Source of the DNA: Gemmatimonadota bacterium | GTDB taxonomy: Bacteria > Orphanbacterota > Orphanbacteria > Orphanbacterales > Orphanbacteraceae | Length of the DNA stretch: 59,002 nt | Assembly: GCA_020061515.1 (NCBI GenBank) | Contig: JAGUYC010000313.1 | Location: 1 to 59,002 of the forward strand | Direction: 5' to 3' | The notes under the pieces: generated by a model | Database searches by the model: none | What the model saw: the letters and a program-made list of their open reading frames with translations, nothing else | Told to the model about the DNA's origin: nothing | Position numbers and translations under genes: made by a program | Shown: positions 9,513 through 17,883 of the stretch, piece after piece | Layout of the letters: the number at the start of each line of letters is the position of its first letter | How positions within the stretch are numbered: the stretch's first letter is position 1

Positions 9513-10336
9513 GAAACGGGCGAACTCGCGCGGCCTGCGCGGTCGTGGCGGCGCTCGCCTGCATCGGGGGACGCTGCGGAACCGACCCGACGGAGGTGCG
9601 AATGACCTGGGAGGACGAGTTCGACGGCCCCGCGGGCCAGTCGCCGGATCCGGCGAAGTGGACCTTCGATATCGGCGATGGATGTCCGGACCTATGCGGG
9701 TGGGGGAACGCCCAGCTCGAGTTCGATACGGATCGGCCGGAGAACGTCTCCCTCGACGGAGAAGGGAATCTCGCGATCACCGCCCGAAAGGAGGCGTACC
9801 GGGGGAGGGAGTACACATCGGCGCGCATCAAGACGCAAGGTCTCTTCGAGCGGGCTCGGGGCCGCTTCGAAGCGCGCATCCGTCTTCCCGTCGGACAGGG
9901 GATCTGGCCCGCATTCTGGCTTCTCGGCGCGGACATCGGAAGGGTGGGCTGGCCCGAGTGCGGAGAGATCGACATCATGGAGTATCGCGGCCAGGAACCG
10001 AGAATCGTCCACGGCAGCCTGCACGGCCCCGGCTACTCCGGAGGCTCGGCTTTGACAAGCGCGTTTGCCCTTTCCGAAGGGGGGTTCGATGAGGACTTCC
10101 ATGTCTTCGCCGTCGACTGGGATGAGGGGGGCATCACCTGGTACGTGGACGGTGTTCCCTACCAGACGATCGAGCGGGGGGATCTGCCCGGCGGGGCGCG
10201 GTGGGTCTTCGACGGTCCCTTCTTCATCATCCTGAACGTCGCCGTGGGGGGGCGCTACGTCGGGTCGCCGAACGAATCGACCCTCTTTCCCCAGCGCATG
10301 CTCGTCGACTGGGTCCGCGTCTACGGATCCGATTGA
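9509..10336 (+). CDS. GH16 endo-beta-1,3-glucanase (laminarinase), lipoprotein
   Basis: GTG start overlaps the ROK stop (GTGA). Lipobox AALAC. GH16 motifs WPAFWLLG and GEIDIMEY. The C-terminal strand MLVDWVRVY is typical of GH16. Confidence 0.9.
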   Translation: MRNGRTRAACAVVAALACIGGRCGTDPTEVRMTWEDEFDGPAGQSPDPAKWTFDIGDGCPDLCGWGNAQLEFDTDRPENVSLDGEGNLAITARKEAYRGREYTSARIKTQGLFERARGRFEARIRLPVGQGIWPAFWLLGADIGRVGWPECGEIDIMEYRGQEPRIVHGSLHGPGYSGGSALTSAFALSEGGFDEDFHVFAVDWDEGGITWYVDGVPYQTIERGDLPGGARWVFDGPFFIILNVAVGGRYVGSPNESTLFPQRMLVDWVRVYGSD

Positions 10337-10345
10337 GGAGGTCCG

Positions 10346-11851
10346 ATGACCCCTCCCGCCCGCATCCAAACGGCGTCCGAAGACCGCATCCGGTTCGCCC
10401 ACAAGCTGGCGTACGGCGCCGGCGCGTTCGTGAACAACCTCTGGGCCGCGGCGAGCGGGGGCATGATGATCGTTCTGAACCTCGGCCTGGGGATGAACCC
10501 GGCCTTGGTCGGACTCTTGGGCGCGTTGCCGCGGCTGACCGATGCCTTCACCGACCCGCTCATGGGTTTCATTTCCGACAACACCCAATCCCGCTGGGGC
10601 CGCCGCCGCCCGTACATCTTCGGCGGAGCCATCGCCGCGGGCGTTCTCTTCGCGATTCTTTGGCAGCTCCCCGCGGGGCGGAGCGAGACCTTCTACTTCG
10701 TCTGGTTCCTCGTCGGCTCGATCCTTTTTTACATGGGATACACCGTGTTCGCCACCCCTTGGGTTGCGCTCGGCTACGAGCTCACGCCCGACTACCACGA
10801 GCGGACCCGCCTGATGGGGACGCAGAACTTTGTCGGCCAGCTCGCCTACGTCGTCTCGCCTTGGTTTCTCTGGATCATGAACTCGGGCTACTTCTTCCGC
10901 GACGCAGCCGGCGAACCCGACCAAGTGGCCGGAGCGGCCGGCCTCGCGATCCTCGTCGCCCTCGTGGCGATGGGACTGGGAGTCGTGCCGGGCATCTTCC
11001 TCCGCGAGAGGATGCGGTCCGTCGCGGCGGCGGCGGCGGCGGCAGCAGCGGAGGAGCAGAAGGGGACTGCGGGCGCTTTCGTTCGGAACTTGAGAGAGTT
11101 CTTCTCCGGCTTCGGAGAGACTCTCCGGTCCCGGCCGTTTCTCAAGCTGTGCGTCGCCACGTTCCTGGTCTTCAACGGTTTTATCCTCATCTCGTCCTTC
11201 CAGTTCTACGTGATCATCTACTACGTGTGCGGGGGCAGTCAGACCGAGGGGGCCAAGTACGCCGGATACGCCGGGACGGTCGGCGCGCTCTGCACCTTCG
11301 CCGTCGTCGTCTTCGTGGCATGGCTCGGCACCCGGATCGGGAAGCGGCACGCCTTCTTCGTCTCCACCGGGGTCTCCATCATCGGCTACGGGTTAAAGTG
11401 GATCTGCTACAACCCGAGCCATCCGTGGCTTGTGGTGGTTCCCGCGCCTCTCCTCGCCTTTGGCCTGGGAGGGCTCTTCACCTTGATGCCCTCCATGGTC
11501 GCCGACGTGGTGGACACGGACGAGCTCAAGACTCACCGGCGCCGGGAAGGCATGTATGGATCGATCTTCTGGTGGACGGTGAAGCTCGGTCTGTCGGCGG
11601 CGCTCGCCGGGGGAGGCTATCTCCTCAACGCCACCGGTTTCGACGTGGCCTTCGGGGGGGATCAGCCGGCCCGGACGATCTTCCTTCTCCGCCTCTGCGA
11701 CGCGGGCATCCCCATGGTGGCTTCGGCCGTCGCCATCTGGGCGGTGGCGACGTTTCCGATCACCGAGGCCAGGGCCTACGAGGTGCGCCGCGAGCTGGAG
11801 CGCCGCAGGGGCCGGGTCGGGGCGGCCGATGGATCGACCGCCGCCGGATAG
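10346..11851 (+). CDS. GPH-family (MelB-like) glycoside/oligosaccharide:cation symporter
   Basis: RBS GAGGAGG. KLAYGAGAFVNN...LPRLTDAFTDPLMGFISDNTQSRWGRRRPYIFGG is the signature N-terminal region of glycoside-pentoside-hexuronide transporters. About 12 TM helices. Confidence 0.88.
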   Translation: MTPPARIQTASEDRIRFAHKLAYGAGAFVNNLWAAASGGMMIVLNLGLGMNPALVGLLGALPRLTDAFTDPLMGFISDNTQSRWGRRRPYIFGGAIAAGVLFAILWQLPAGRSETFYFVWFLVGSILFYMGYTVFATPWVALGYELTPDYHERTRLMGTQNFVGQLAYVVSPWFLWIMNSGYFFRDAAGEPDQVAGAAGLAILVALVAMGLGVVPGIFLRERMRSVAAAAAAAAAEEQKGTAGAFVRNLREFFSGFGETLRSRPFLKLCVATFLVFNGFILISSFQFYVIIYYVCGGSQTEGAKYAGYAGTVGALCTFAVVVFVAWLGTRIGKRHAFFVSTGVSIIGYGLKWICYNPSHPWLVVVPAPLLAFGLGGLFTLMPSMVADVVDTDELKTHRRREGMYGSIFWWTVKLGLSAALAGGGYLLNATGFDVAFGGDQPARTIFLLRLCDAGIPMVASAVAIWAVATFPITEARAYEVRRELERRRGRVGAADGSTAAG

Positions 11852-11866
11852 CCACCCGCTCCCGGG

Positions 11867-14800
11867 CTACAAGGCGAGGTGCACGTAGGTCCGGATCTCC
11901 CACTCCGTTCCGTTCTCCTCGCCCGCTGTCGGATCGCACGTGCCGTCCCCCCCCAGGGCGGGGCAGTAACGAGGGGAGTGCAGATCGAGAGACCGCCACG
12001 TCCCCCGCACGCCGATGCGGGTCTGGGGGAAGCCGAACCATCTCGGCTCGCCCAAGTTGTACGAGAGGTCCCCCATCAGCTGCAGGGGAAAGGTGAGATT
12101 GAAGTCGCGGTGGTAGTCGTACGGCCCGAAGTCGTCGATCTTGACGAACGTCGCGAACGCAACCGGCCCTTGAACGAGCCGTGCGTCCACGCCGTACCTG
12201 TGGATCGTGCGGTTCAGGGTTTCGTTTTCGCCGGTCGGGTCGTTCCCGTTCGGCTCCGCCGTGCCGGCATAGACCTTCGCCAAGATCCGCGTCGCCGGGG
12301 CGAGCCTCGAGACGATTCGTAGGTTCGTCTCCCAGAGCTCCTGGGCGGGAGGGGCGCCGGCGAACGCGTACTGCGTGACGCCGTCCTCGGCGATGAAGAT
12401 GGTTGCGTCCCGAGTCGTCGGCATGTCGCGGTAGACGAGCCCGAGGCTCGCGGCGAACCGCGCGTCCTCGCGAACATCGTTGTCCCACGCCCACATCCAA
12501 GTCGCGGGCGTCGGGTCGTAGGTGAGCATCAACTCGGCTCCGAACATCTCCCGGTTCCCCAGCACCGCGAAAGGGTCGTCGCGAACGTTGCGCGGTCTTC
12601 CCGGAGAAGGGACGTCCGCCGGGACCGGCCCGACGATCGGTTTCTGCCAGAGGAGGTTCGGTCCGATCTGGAACTTCCCGGTGTTCACCGCGAGGCCGGT
12701 CAGGAAGTTCGACTGGTTCCCCGATCCGGAGTCCTTCAGGTTCCATCCAGTGAACGTGACGGTCTCCGTCGGACCGCCGTCGGCGACGACACCCATGAGC
12801 GCGCTTTGGGCGTACCAGTGCCACCGGCCTCGCTCCAGGGTCAGCTTCGTCTTGCCGCCGAACGCGTCCGACGCGAGCACTTCGTCCTGCAGCAGCCGGT
12901 AACCATCCCCCGCCTCCTCGGCGATCTGGAACTTCTCGCCCACCTTGGGCTCCCCCGACCAGAGCCCGCCGACCTCGACGCCGAAGGGACCAAGCCTCGT
13001 GGCGAGCTGGAGCGACACCTTGCGCGTCTCCGGAAGCGGCACGGCGATCGAAGAAGTGGCCGACTCGTTCTTCGCGATGTCCTCGTGGTAGACGGCGGTC
13101 GCGTCAAAGGGTCCGAAGTTCCGGCGGTACTTGACGAACAGCGCCGGGTTGGCGCCCCACCAGAGCTGGGGCCCGAAGGCGACCTTCAGCCCCGCGAGGC
13201 TTCGCTTCCCCGCGACCTCGAAGCCGACCGGCGCCATCCCGTTGTAGATGTCGATGTTCTCCCCGTAGTAGGCGTTTCGGTAGAGGCCGAAGAAGTCCCC
13301 CTCGAATCCCCAATGCAGATGTCCCGTCCGGTAGAAACCGTCCAGAAGGAACCAGCGGTCATCCCACGAGACCGATGCCTGGTAGACCTTGACCCGCTCC
13401 AGCGACGCGACCTCGATTTCTTCGCTGCCTGTCCCGATCGTCCGAGAGCGCCCGCGGTTCTCGTAGAAGATCTCGTCGATCGGGTTCTCCGGAACGTCGC
13501 CGAGGATGTTGACCGAGAGGACGCCGGTGACGTTTTCCGTCGGCTGGGCCTGGAAATCGGCGTAGAAAGACTGCATCTGGTCGAACCCGCGGAACGAGGG
13601 CTGGCTCGAGGCCCGGGGTTCGTGGCCGGCCGGCGTGCTCACCCGTTCGCCTCCTGTGCTGACGGTCTCGAGCTCGAGACGAAGACCGGAGAGACGGGCC
13701 CGTTTCTGGATGTCGGCGAGGCGTGCGGCCCGGTCCCCTCGCGCCTCGAGGGCCGCCGCCGCGGGAAAGATGCGGCCGAAGTGGGCTCGAATCGCCTCGA
13801 GATCGGTGCCGGGAGCATACGGATCGAGGGTGAAGGCCTCGCGAAGGGCGTAGTAGGCCGCCCGCGGATAGACCTCGTAGAGACCCCGGTGGTCGGCGGG
13901 ACCCTTCGCGGTGATGCCCCACCACTCCTCGTTCATGTTGTTCTCGCCCAGGACGTAGTCCTCCGCGTACCCGCCGTTCGGCCACGAAGCGTTCGTGTCG
14001 TGAATGTCGAGGCGGCTCTCCTGGCCGAACTTCCACCAGCCGTCGCTCCACTGAAAGACGAACCCGCCGATGGCGTTCCCCACGCGGCCCTTTCCGGAGG
14101 ACTGTTCGTAGATCTCCTCCCACTGGCCGAGAAGATAGCGCGCCTGCGTTTCCTGATCCTCGCGCATCTCCCTCGCGTGGTACGCGTCGGCGCCGAACTC
14201 GGTGAAGAGCACCGGGATGTTCATCTTCTCGTTCACCACCTGGAAGAGGTCGCGCGCCGAAATCCCCCGGTAGCAGTTGACGCCGAAAACGTCGAGGTTC
14301 CCGCACTCCTCGGCGATGATGTCGATGTACTGCAAGTCGCCGTTCGCCATCGCGACCGGCCGGTCCGGATCGAGGCGCTTGATCTCGTCCGTGAGCTCCC
14401 CCATGAGCGAGTAGAGATGGCGGGCTCGGGCGGCGTCCCGCTCCCCTTCGGGAAGGGCCTCGATCTCGAAGGATGTCCACGAGAGCCCGTAGTTGTTCTC
14501 GTTCCCGAGGAGCCACATCAGCACGCCCGGCGTTCCTTGAAGCTCGTTCACCAAGGCGACCACGTCCGCCTTCACGGCGGTGCGGAGCCGTTCGTCCGAG
14601 TAGTCGACCGACGGGATCCAGACGCCGTCGAGCGTGTAGCCGTACCGGGCCACCAGCGGGTTCACGACGGTGTAGATGCCGAACCTCTCGTAGATGTGCC
14701 GCACCCACCGGGGCGGAATCCCAGCGTACTGGCGGATCGCGTTCACCCCCATCGTGCGAAGAAGGGGCATCTCGCGGGCGAGGACCGCCTCGATCCGATC

Positions 14801-15052
14801 GTCTGGCTGGTTCCAGAGAGAGTAATTGTAGTTCTCGCCGATCGGGATGTAGTCCCAGTTCATGCCGAAGACCATCATCGGCTTTCCGTTCACGAGAAGC
14901 CTCTGGCCCGCGTCGTCCGAGACCACCGATGCCCGCGTCTCGCCCGCCGCGTCGGCCGCGAGAGAGGGGGGGGCGAGAAGGCCGAGGAGAGCGAGCGTGA
15001 GGGCGACCGTCAGGGGCAACCCGGCGGCCGGGGTCGTTCGAATCGTGTTCAC
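11867..15052 (-). CDS. Secreted clan GH-A (TIM-barrel) glycoside hydrolase fused to a ~600-aa porin-like/beta-barrel-like C-terminal region
   Basis: GTG 15050-15052 is preceded by GGAGG and overlaps the GH1 stop (GTGA). It has a signal peptide. The putative acid/base is in LLGNENNYG (E codon 14498-14500) and the nucleophile in VLFTEFGADAY (14198-14200). From about 13690 downward the sequence is dominated by short alternating hydrophobic/polar strands rich in G, Y, W and N (e.g. WFLLDGFYRTGHLHWGFEGDFFGLYRNAYYGENIDIYN). Confidence 0.7.
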   Translation of the reverse strand: MNTIRTTPAAGLPLTVALTLALLGLLAPPSLAADAAGETRASVVSDDAGQRLLVNGKPMMVFGMNWDYIPIGENYNYSLWNQPDDRIEAVLAREMPLLRTMGVNAIRQYAGIPPRWVRHIYERFGIYTVVNPLVARYGYTLDGVWIPSVDYSDERLRTAVKADVVALVNELQGTPGVLMWLLGNENNYGLSWTSFEIEALPEGERDAARARHLYSLMGELTDEIKRLDPDRPVAMANGDLQYIDIIAEECGNLDVFGVNCYRGISARDLFQVVNEKMNIPVLFTEFGADAYHAREMREDQETQARYLLGQWEEIYEQSSGKGRVGNAIGGFVFQWSDGWWKFGQESRLDIHDTNASWPNGGYAEDYVLGENNMNEEWWGITAKGPADHRGLYEVYPRAAYYALREAFTLDPYAPGTDLEAIRAHFGRIFPAAAALEARGDRAARLADIQKRARLSGLRLELETVSTGGERVSTPAGHEPRASSQPSFRGFDQMQSFYADFQAQPTENVTGVLSVNILGDVPENPIDEIFYENRGRSRTIGTGSEEIEVASLERVKVYQASVSWDDRWFLLDGFYRTGHLHWGFEGDFFGLYRNAYYGENIDIYNGMAPVGFEVAGKRSLAGLKVAFGPQLWWGANPALFVKYRRNFGPFDATAVYHEDIAKNESATSSIAVPLPETRKVSLQLATRLGPFGVEVGGLWSGEPKVGEKFQIAEEAGDGYRLLQDEVLASDAFGGKTKLTLERGRWHWYAQSALMGVVADGGPTETVTFTGWNLKDSGSGNQSNFLTGLAVNTGKFQIGPNLLWQKPIVGPVPADVPSPGRPRNVRDDPFAVLGNREMFGAELMLTYDPTPATWMWAWDNDVREDARFAASLGLVYRDMPTTRDATIFIAEDGVTQYAFAGAPPAQELWETNLRIVSRLAPATRILAKVYAGTAEPNGNDPTGENETLNRTIHRYGVDARLVQGPVAFATFVKIDDFGPYDYHRDFNLTFPLQLMGDLSYNLGEPRWFGFPQTRIGVRGTWRSLDLHSPRYCPALGGDGTCDPTAGEENGTEWEIRTYVHLAL

Positions 15053-16440
15053 GGGTACCTCCTGGAAGATGATGATGGCCCGCCGATGTCCACCGCGTTT
15101 GCGGCGATCGTCTCTCGATACCACCGGGCGCTCTCTTTCGGCGTTCGTTCGCCCGTCGCGAAGTCGACCCGGAGAAGGCCGAACCGTTTGCCGTAACCGT
15201 GGCCCCACTCGAAGTTGTCGAGGAGAGACCAGGCGAAGTACCCGTGAATGGGCGCGCCCGCCTCCCAGGCGCGGTGCGCCTCCGCCAGGTGCGATCTCAT
15301 GTACTCGATACGCCGGACGTCCCGGACCCGCCCTTCCCGGTCGGGCTCGTCGGCGAGGGCCGTCCCGTTCTCGGTGATGTAGAGAGCCTGCGGTCCGTAC
15401 TCCCGATGCACTCGAAGAAGCATATCGTATAGGCCCCGAGGGAAGACCTCCCACCCCATCTCGTCGCGCTCCTTCTCCGGACCGGCGGCGACCCCCTTCG
15501 GCCGGCCGTCCGGACCCGCCCGAAGCACGGTTCGACTGTAGTAGTTGATACCAAGAAAATCGAGGGGGGAACGGATCTCGTCGAGGTCCCCTTCCCGGAG
15601 GAAGGGGAGATCGGTCCCGGGGAGATGTCCGCGAGCGATTCGATCGGCGATCGCGTCATTCGGGTACCGTCCTCGGAAGAGGGGATCCAGATACCATCGG
15701 TTGAAGAACCCGTCGAACCAGCGCGCCGCGTCCCGGTCCCCTTCGCTCTCCGATGCGGGCCAGGCGGGGGAGAGGTTGAGGACGATCCCCACCTTCGCCC
15801 TCGGAACGATCCGCGAAATCTCCGCGGCCGACCGGCCGTGGGAGAGGAGAAGATGGTGCGCCGCCGCGAGCGCCTCCTCCGGGCTCTGGCGGCCCGGTGC
15901 GTGGCACCCTTCCTCATAGCCGAGAGTCGCGATGCACCAGGGCTCGTTGTGAGTCGTCCAAAAGCGAACCCGGTCGCCGAGCCGTTCGGCCACCCGCGCG
16001 GCGTACTCGGTGAAGGCGTCGACAATGCTTCGATCGGGCCACCCGCCCCGATCCTGGAGCGCTTGCGGCAGGTCCCAATGGTTGAGCGTCAGGAACGGGA
16101 CGATTCCGGCGTCCAGCAGCCCGTCGACCAGCTCCTCGTAGAAGTCGAGACCCGCCTCGTTGAGAGCGCCCCAGCCTCTGGGGAAGACCCGGGGCCAGGA
16201 GATGGAGAAGCGATAGGCGCCGACGCCGAGCCCCTTCATCCAGCCCAGATCCTCGCGCCAACGGCGGTAATGGTCGCACGCGGTCCATGGGTTCGACCCG
16301 TCCTCGATGTTTCCGGGGACGGACGAGTAGAAGTCCCAGATCGACTCTCCGCGGCCGCCGGCGCGGGGCGAGCCTTCGATCTGTTGGGCCGAGGTGGCCA
16401 CGCCCCAGAGGAAACCCTCGGGAAAGGACTTCAGGATCAT
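15049..16440 (-). CDS. GH1 beta-glucosidase
   Basis: FPEGFLWGVATSAQQIEG, TLNHWDLPQAL, acid/base THNEPW and nucleophile YITENG are the classic GH1 motifs. Confidence 0.95.
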   Translation of the reverse strand: MILKSFPEGFLWGVATSAQQIEGSPRAGGRGESIWDFYSSVPGNIEDGSNPWTACDHYRRWREDLGWMKGLGVGAYRFSISWPRVFPRGWGALNEAGLDFYEELVDGLLDAGIVPFLTLNHWDLPQALQDRGGWPDRSIVDAFTEYAARVAERLGDRVRFWTTHNEPWCIATLGYEEGCHAPGRQSPEEALAAAHHLLLSHGRSAAEISRIVPRAKVGIVLNLSPAWPASESEGDRDAARWFDGFFNRWYLDPLFRGRYPNDAIADRIARGHLPGTDLPFLREGDLDEIRSPLDFLGINYYSRTVLRAGPDGRPKGVAAGPEKERDEMGWEVFPRGLYDMLLRVHREYGPQALYITENGTALADEPDREGRVRDVRRIEYMRSHLAEAHRAWEAGAPIHGYFAWSLLDNFEWGHGYGKRFGLLRVDFATGERTPKESARWYRETIAANAVDIGGPSSSSRRYP

Positions 16441-16551
16441 CGCTGGAGCTCGCTTTGCTTCGCGCGGAACAGGCCGGCGCGGGGTGTTTGCAGACCGGGC
16501 GTTTCGCCGGCTCTCCGGTTCCCCAAAAGTCGCTCCTCCATCAAAAATGCT

Positions 16552-16580
16552 TTGTTCGGTTCCCGAACATAGTGTATCAT
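16552..16580 (+). promoter_or_regulatory. Sigma70-like promoter TTGTTC-N17-TATCAT with embedded palindrome GTTCGG-TTC-CCGAAC (16554-16568)
   Basis: Read directly. Near-identical to 23252-23280 (TTTGTTCGGT..CCGAACATAGTGTAT.AT, also preceded by CAAAAA). It lies in the divergent region between the GH1 operon (-) and GH17 (+). Confidence 0.6.
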
Positions 16581-16788
16581 GGAGGGCGTTCTGTCAAGAG
16601 GTCATTGACCGTCGGGGCCTTTTGCCGAGGGAAACGGCCGATCGAGGGTTCCAGGCTTCCTTCGAGCGATCGTGCACCGGGCCGCTCGAAGGATAGGATC
16701 GGTCAAACGACGAGAAGTGCGGCGGCGCCGAGGATGAACCCCGCCGGGCTTCGAAGCGGCGCTGCTCGACGGATCGGGAACAAGGGGG

Positions 16789-17883
16789 ATGAGCAGGCCG
16801 AAAGGCAGGAGCATCTTGAGAGCAGGCATCCTTGTCCCCCTCTTTCTCGTCCTTCTCTCCTCCGGATTCGCGGAGCCTGAAAGCTCGGCGGATTCCGGCG
16901 GGGAAGACACCACGTGGAGCCGCTCGCGCGCTCGAGAGGAGCCGTTTGCGGTGAGACCGTTCGTCACGGAGCGAGCGAAACGCTGGATCGGAAAGGCCGT
17001 CTGCTACGGTCCCTATCGGGACGGGCAGCGTCCCGGGGGATCGTCCCCCTCCCGAGAGGAGATCCGCGAGGATCTCCGCATCATCGCCCGGCACTGGCGG
17101 ATGATTCGTCTCTACGGGTCGGTGCCTCCGGCGGAGACGATTCTGGAAGTCATTCGCGAGGAGGGGTTGAGCCTGGAGGTGATGCTCGGAATCTGGATCG
17201 CGCCGGAGGAGACGCGGGACGATGCGGGAAACCTCATCGATCGCTTCCCCGATCGGGTCGAGGCGAATCGGAAGGAGGTGGAGCAGGGAATCCGTCTCGC
17301 CGCCGCCTATCGGGAGATCGTCACGTCCCTCTGTGTCGGAAATGAGACGCAGGTTTTTTGGTCCCCCCATCGATCGCCTCTGGGGGTCTTGATCGAGTAC
17401 GTTCGCCGGGTGCGGGCCCGCACCGACCTGCCGGTGACGACCGCCGACGACTTCAACTACTGGAACCAACCGGAGAGCCGCGCCCTGGCCCACGAGATCG
17501 ACTTCATCAACTGCTACGCCCATCCGCTCTGGAACGGAGTCCTCTTGGAGGACGCGCTCAAATGGACGCGGAAGACCTACGCCGAGATTCAGGCGGCTCA
17601 CCCCGACCGACGGGTCATTCTGGGGGAGACCGGATGGGCGACCTCGAAGCACGATGAAGGGGAGCAGGCTCGCCTGATCAAGGGCCGCACGGGCGAGGAG
17701 GAGCAGAAGGCGTTCTACCGGGCGGTCACGGCATGGTCGGAGAAGGAGGGGGTTCCGGTCTTCTTCTTCGAGGCCTTCGATGAGAACTGGAAGGGAGGCG
17801 ATCATCCGGACGAGGTGGAGAAACACTGGGGTCTCTACCGGGCGAATCGGACTCCGAAGAAGGCGGTGGCCGATGAATCCTGA
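16789..17883 (+). CDS. GH17 beta-1,3-glucanase / glucanosyltransferase, secreted
   Basis: Signal peptide. GH17 motifs CVGNE (acid/base), LGETGWATS (nucleophile) and FFFEAFDENWKG...EKHWGL. Confidence 0.85.
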   Translation: MSRPKGRSILRAGILVPLFLVLLSSGFAEPESSADSGGEDTTWSRSRAREEPFAVRPFVTERAKRWIGKAVCYGPYRDGQRPGGSSPSREEIREDLRIIARHWRMIRLYGSVPPAETILEVIREEGLSLEVMLGIWIAPEETRDDAGNLIDRFPDRVEANRKEVEQGIRLAAAYREIVTSLCVGNETQVFWSPHRSPLGVLIEYVRRVRARTDLPVTTADDFNYWNQPESRALAHEIDFINCYAHPLWNGVLLEDALKWTRKTYAEIQAAHPDRRVILGETGWATSKHDEGEQARLIKGRTGEEEQKAFYRAVTAWSEKEGVPVFFFEAFDENWKGGDHPDEVEKHWGLYRANRTPKKAVADES

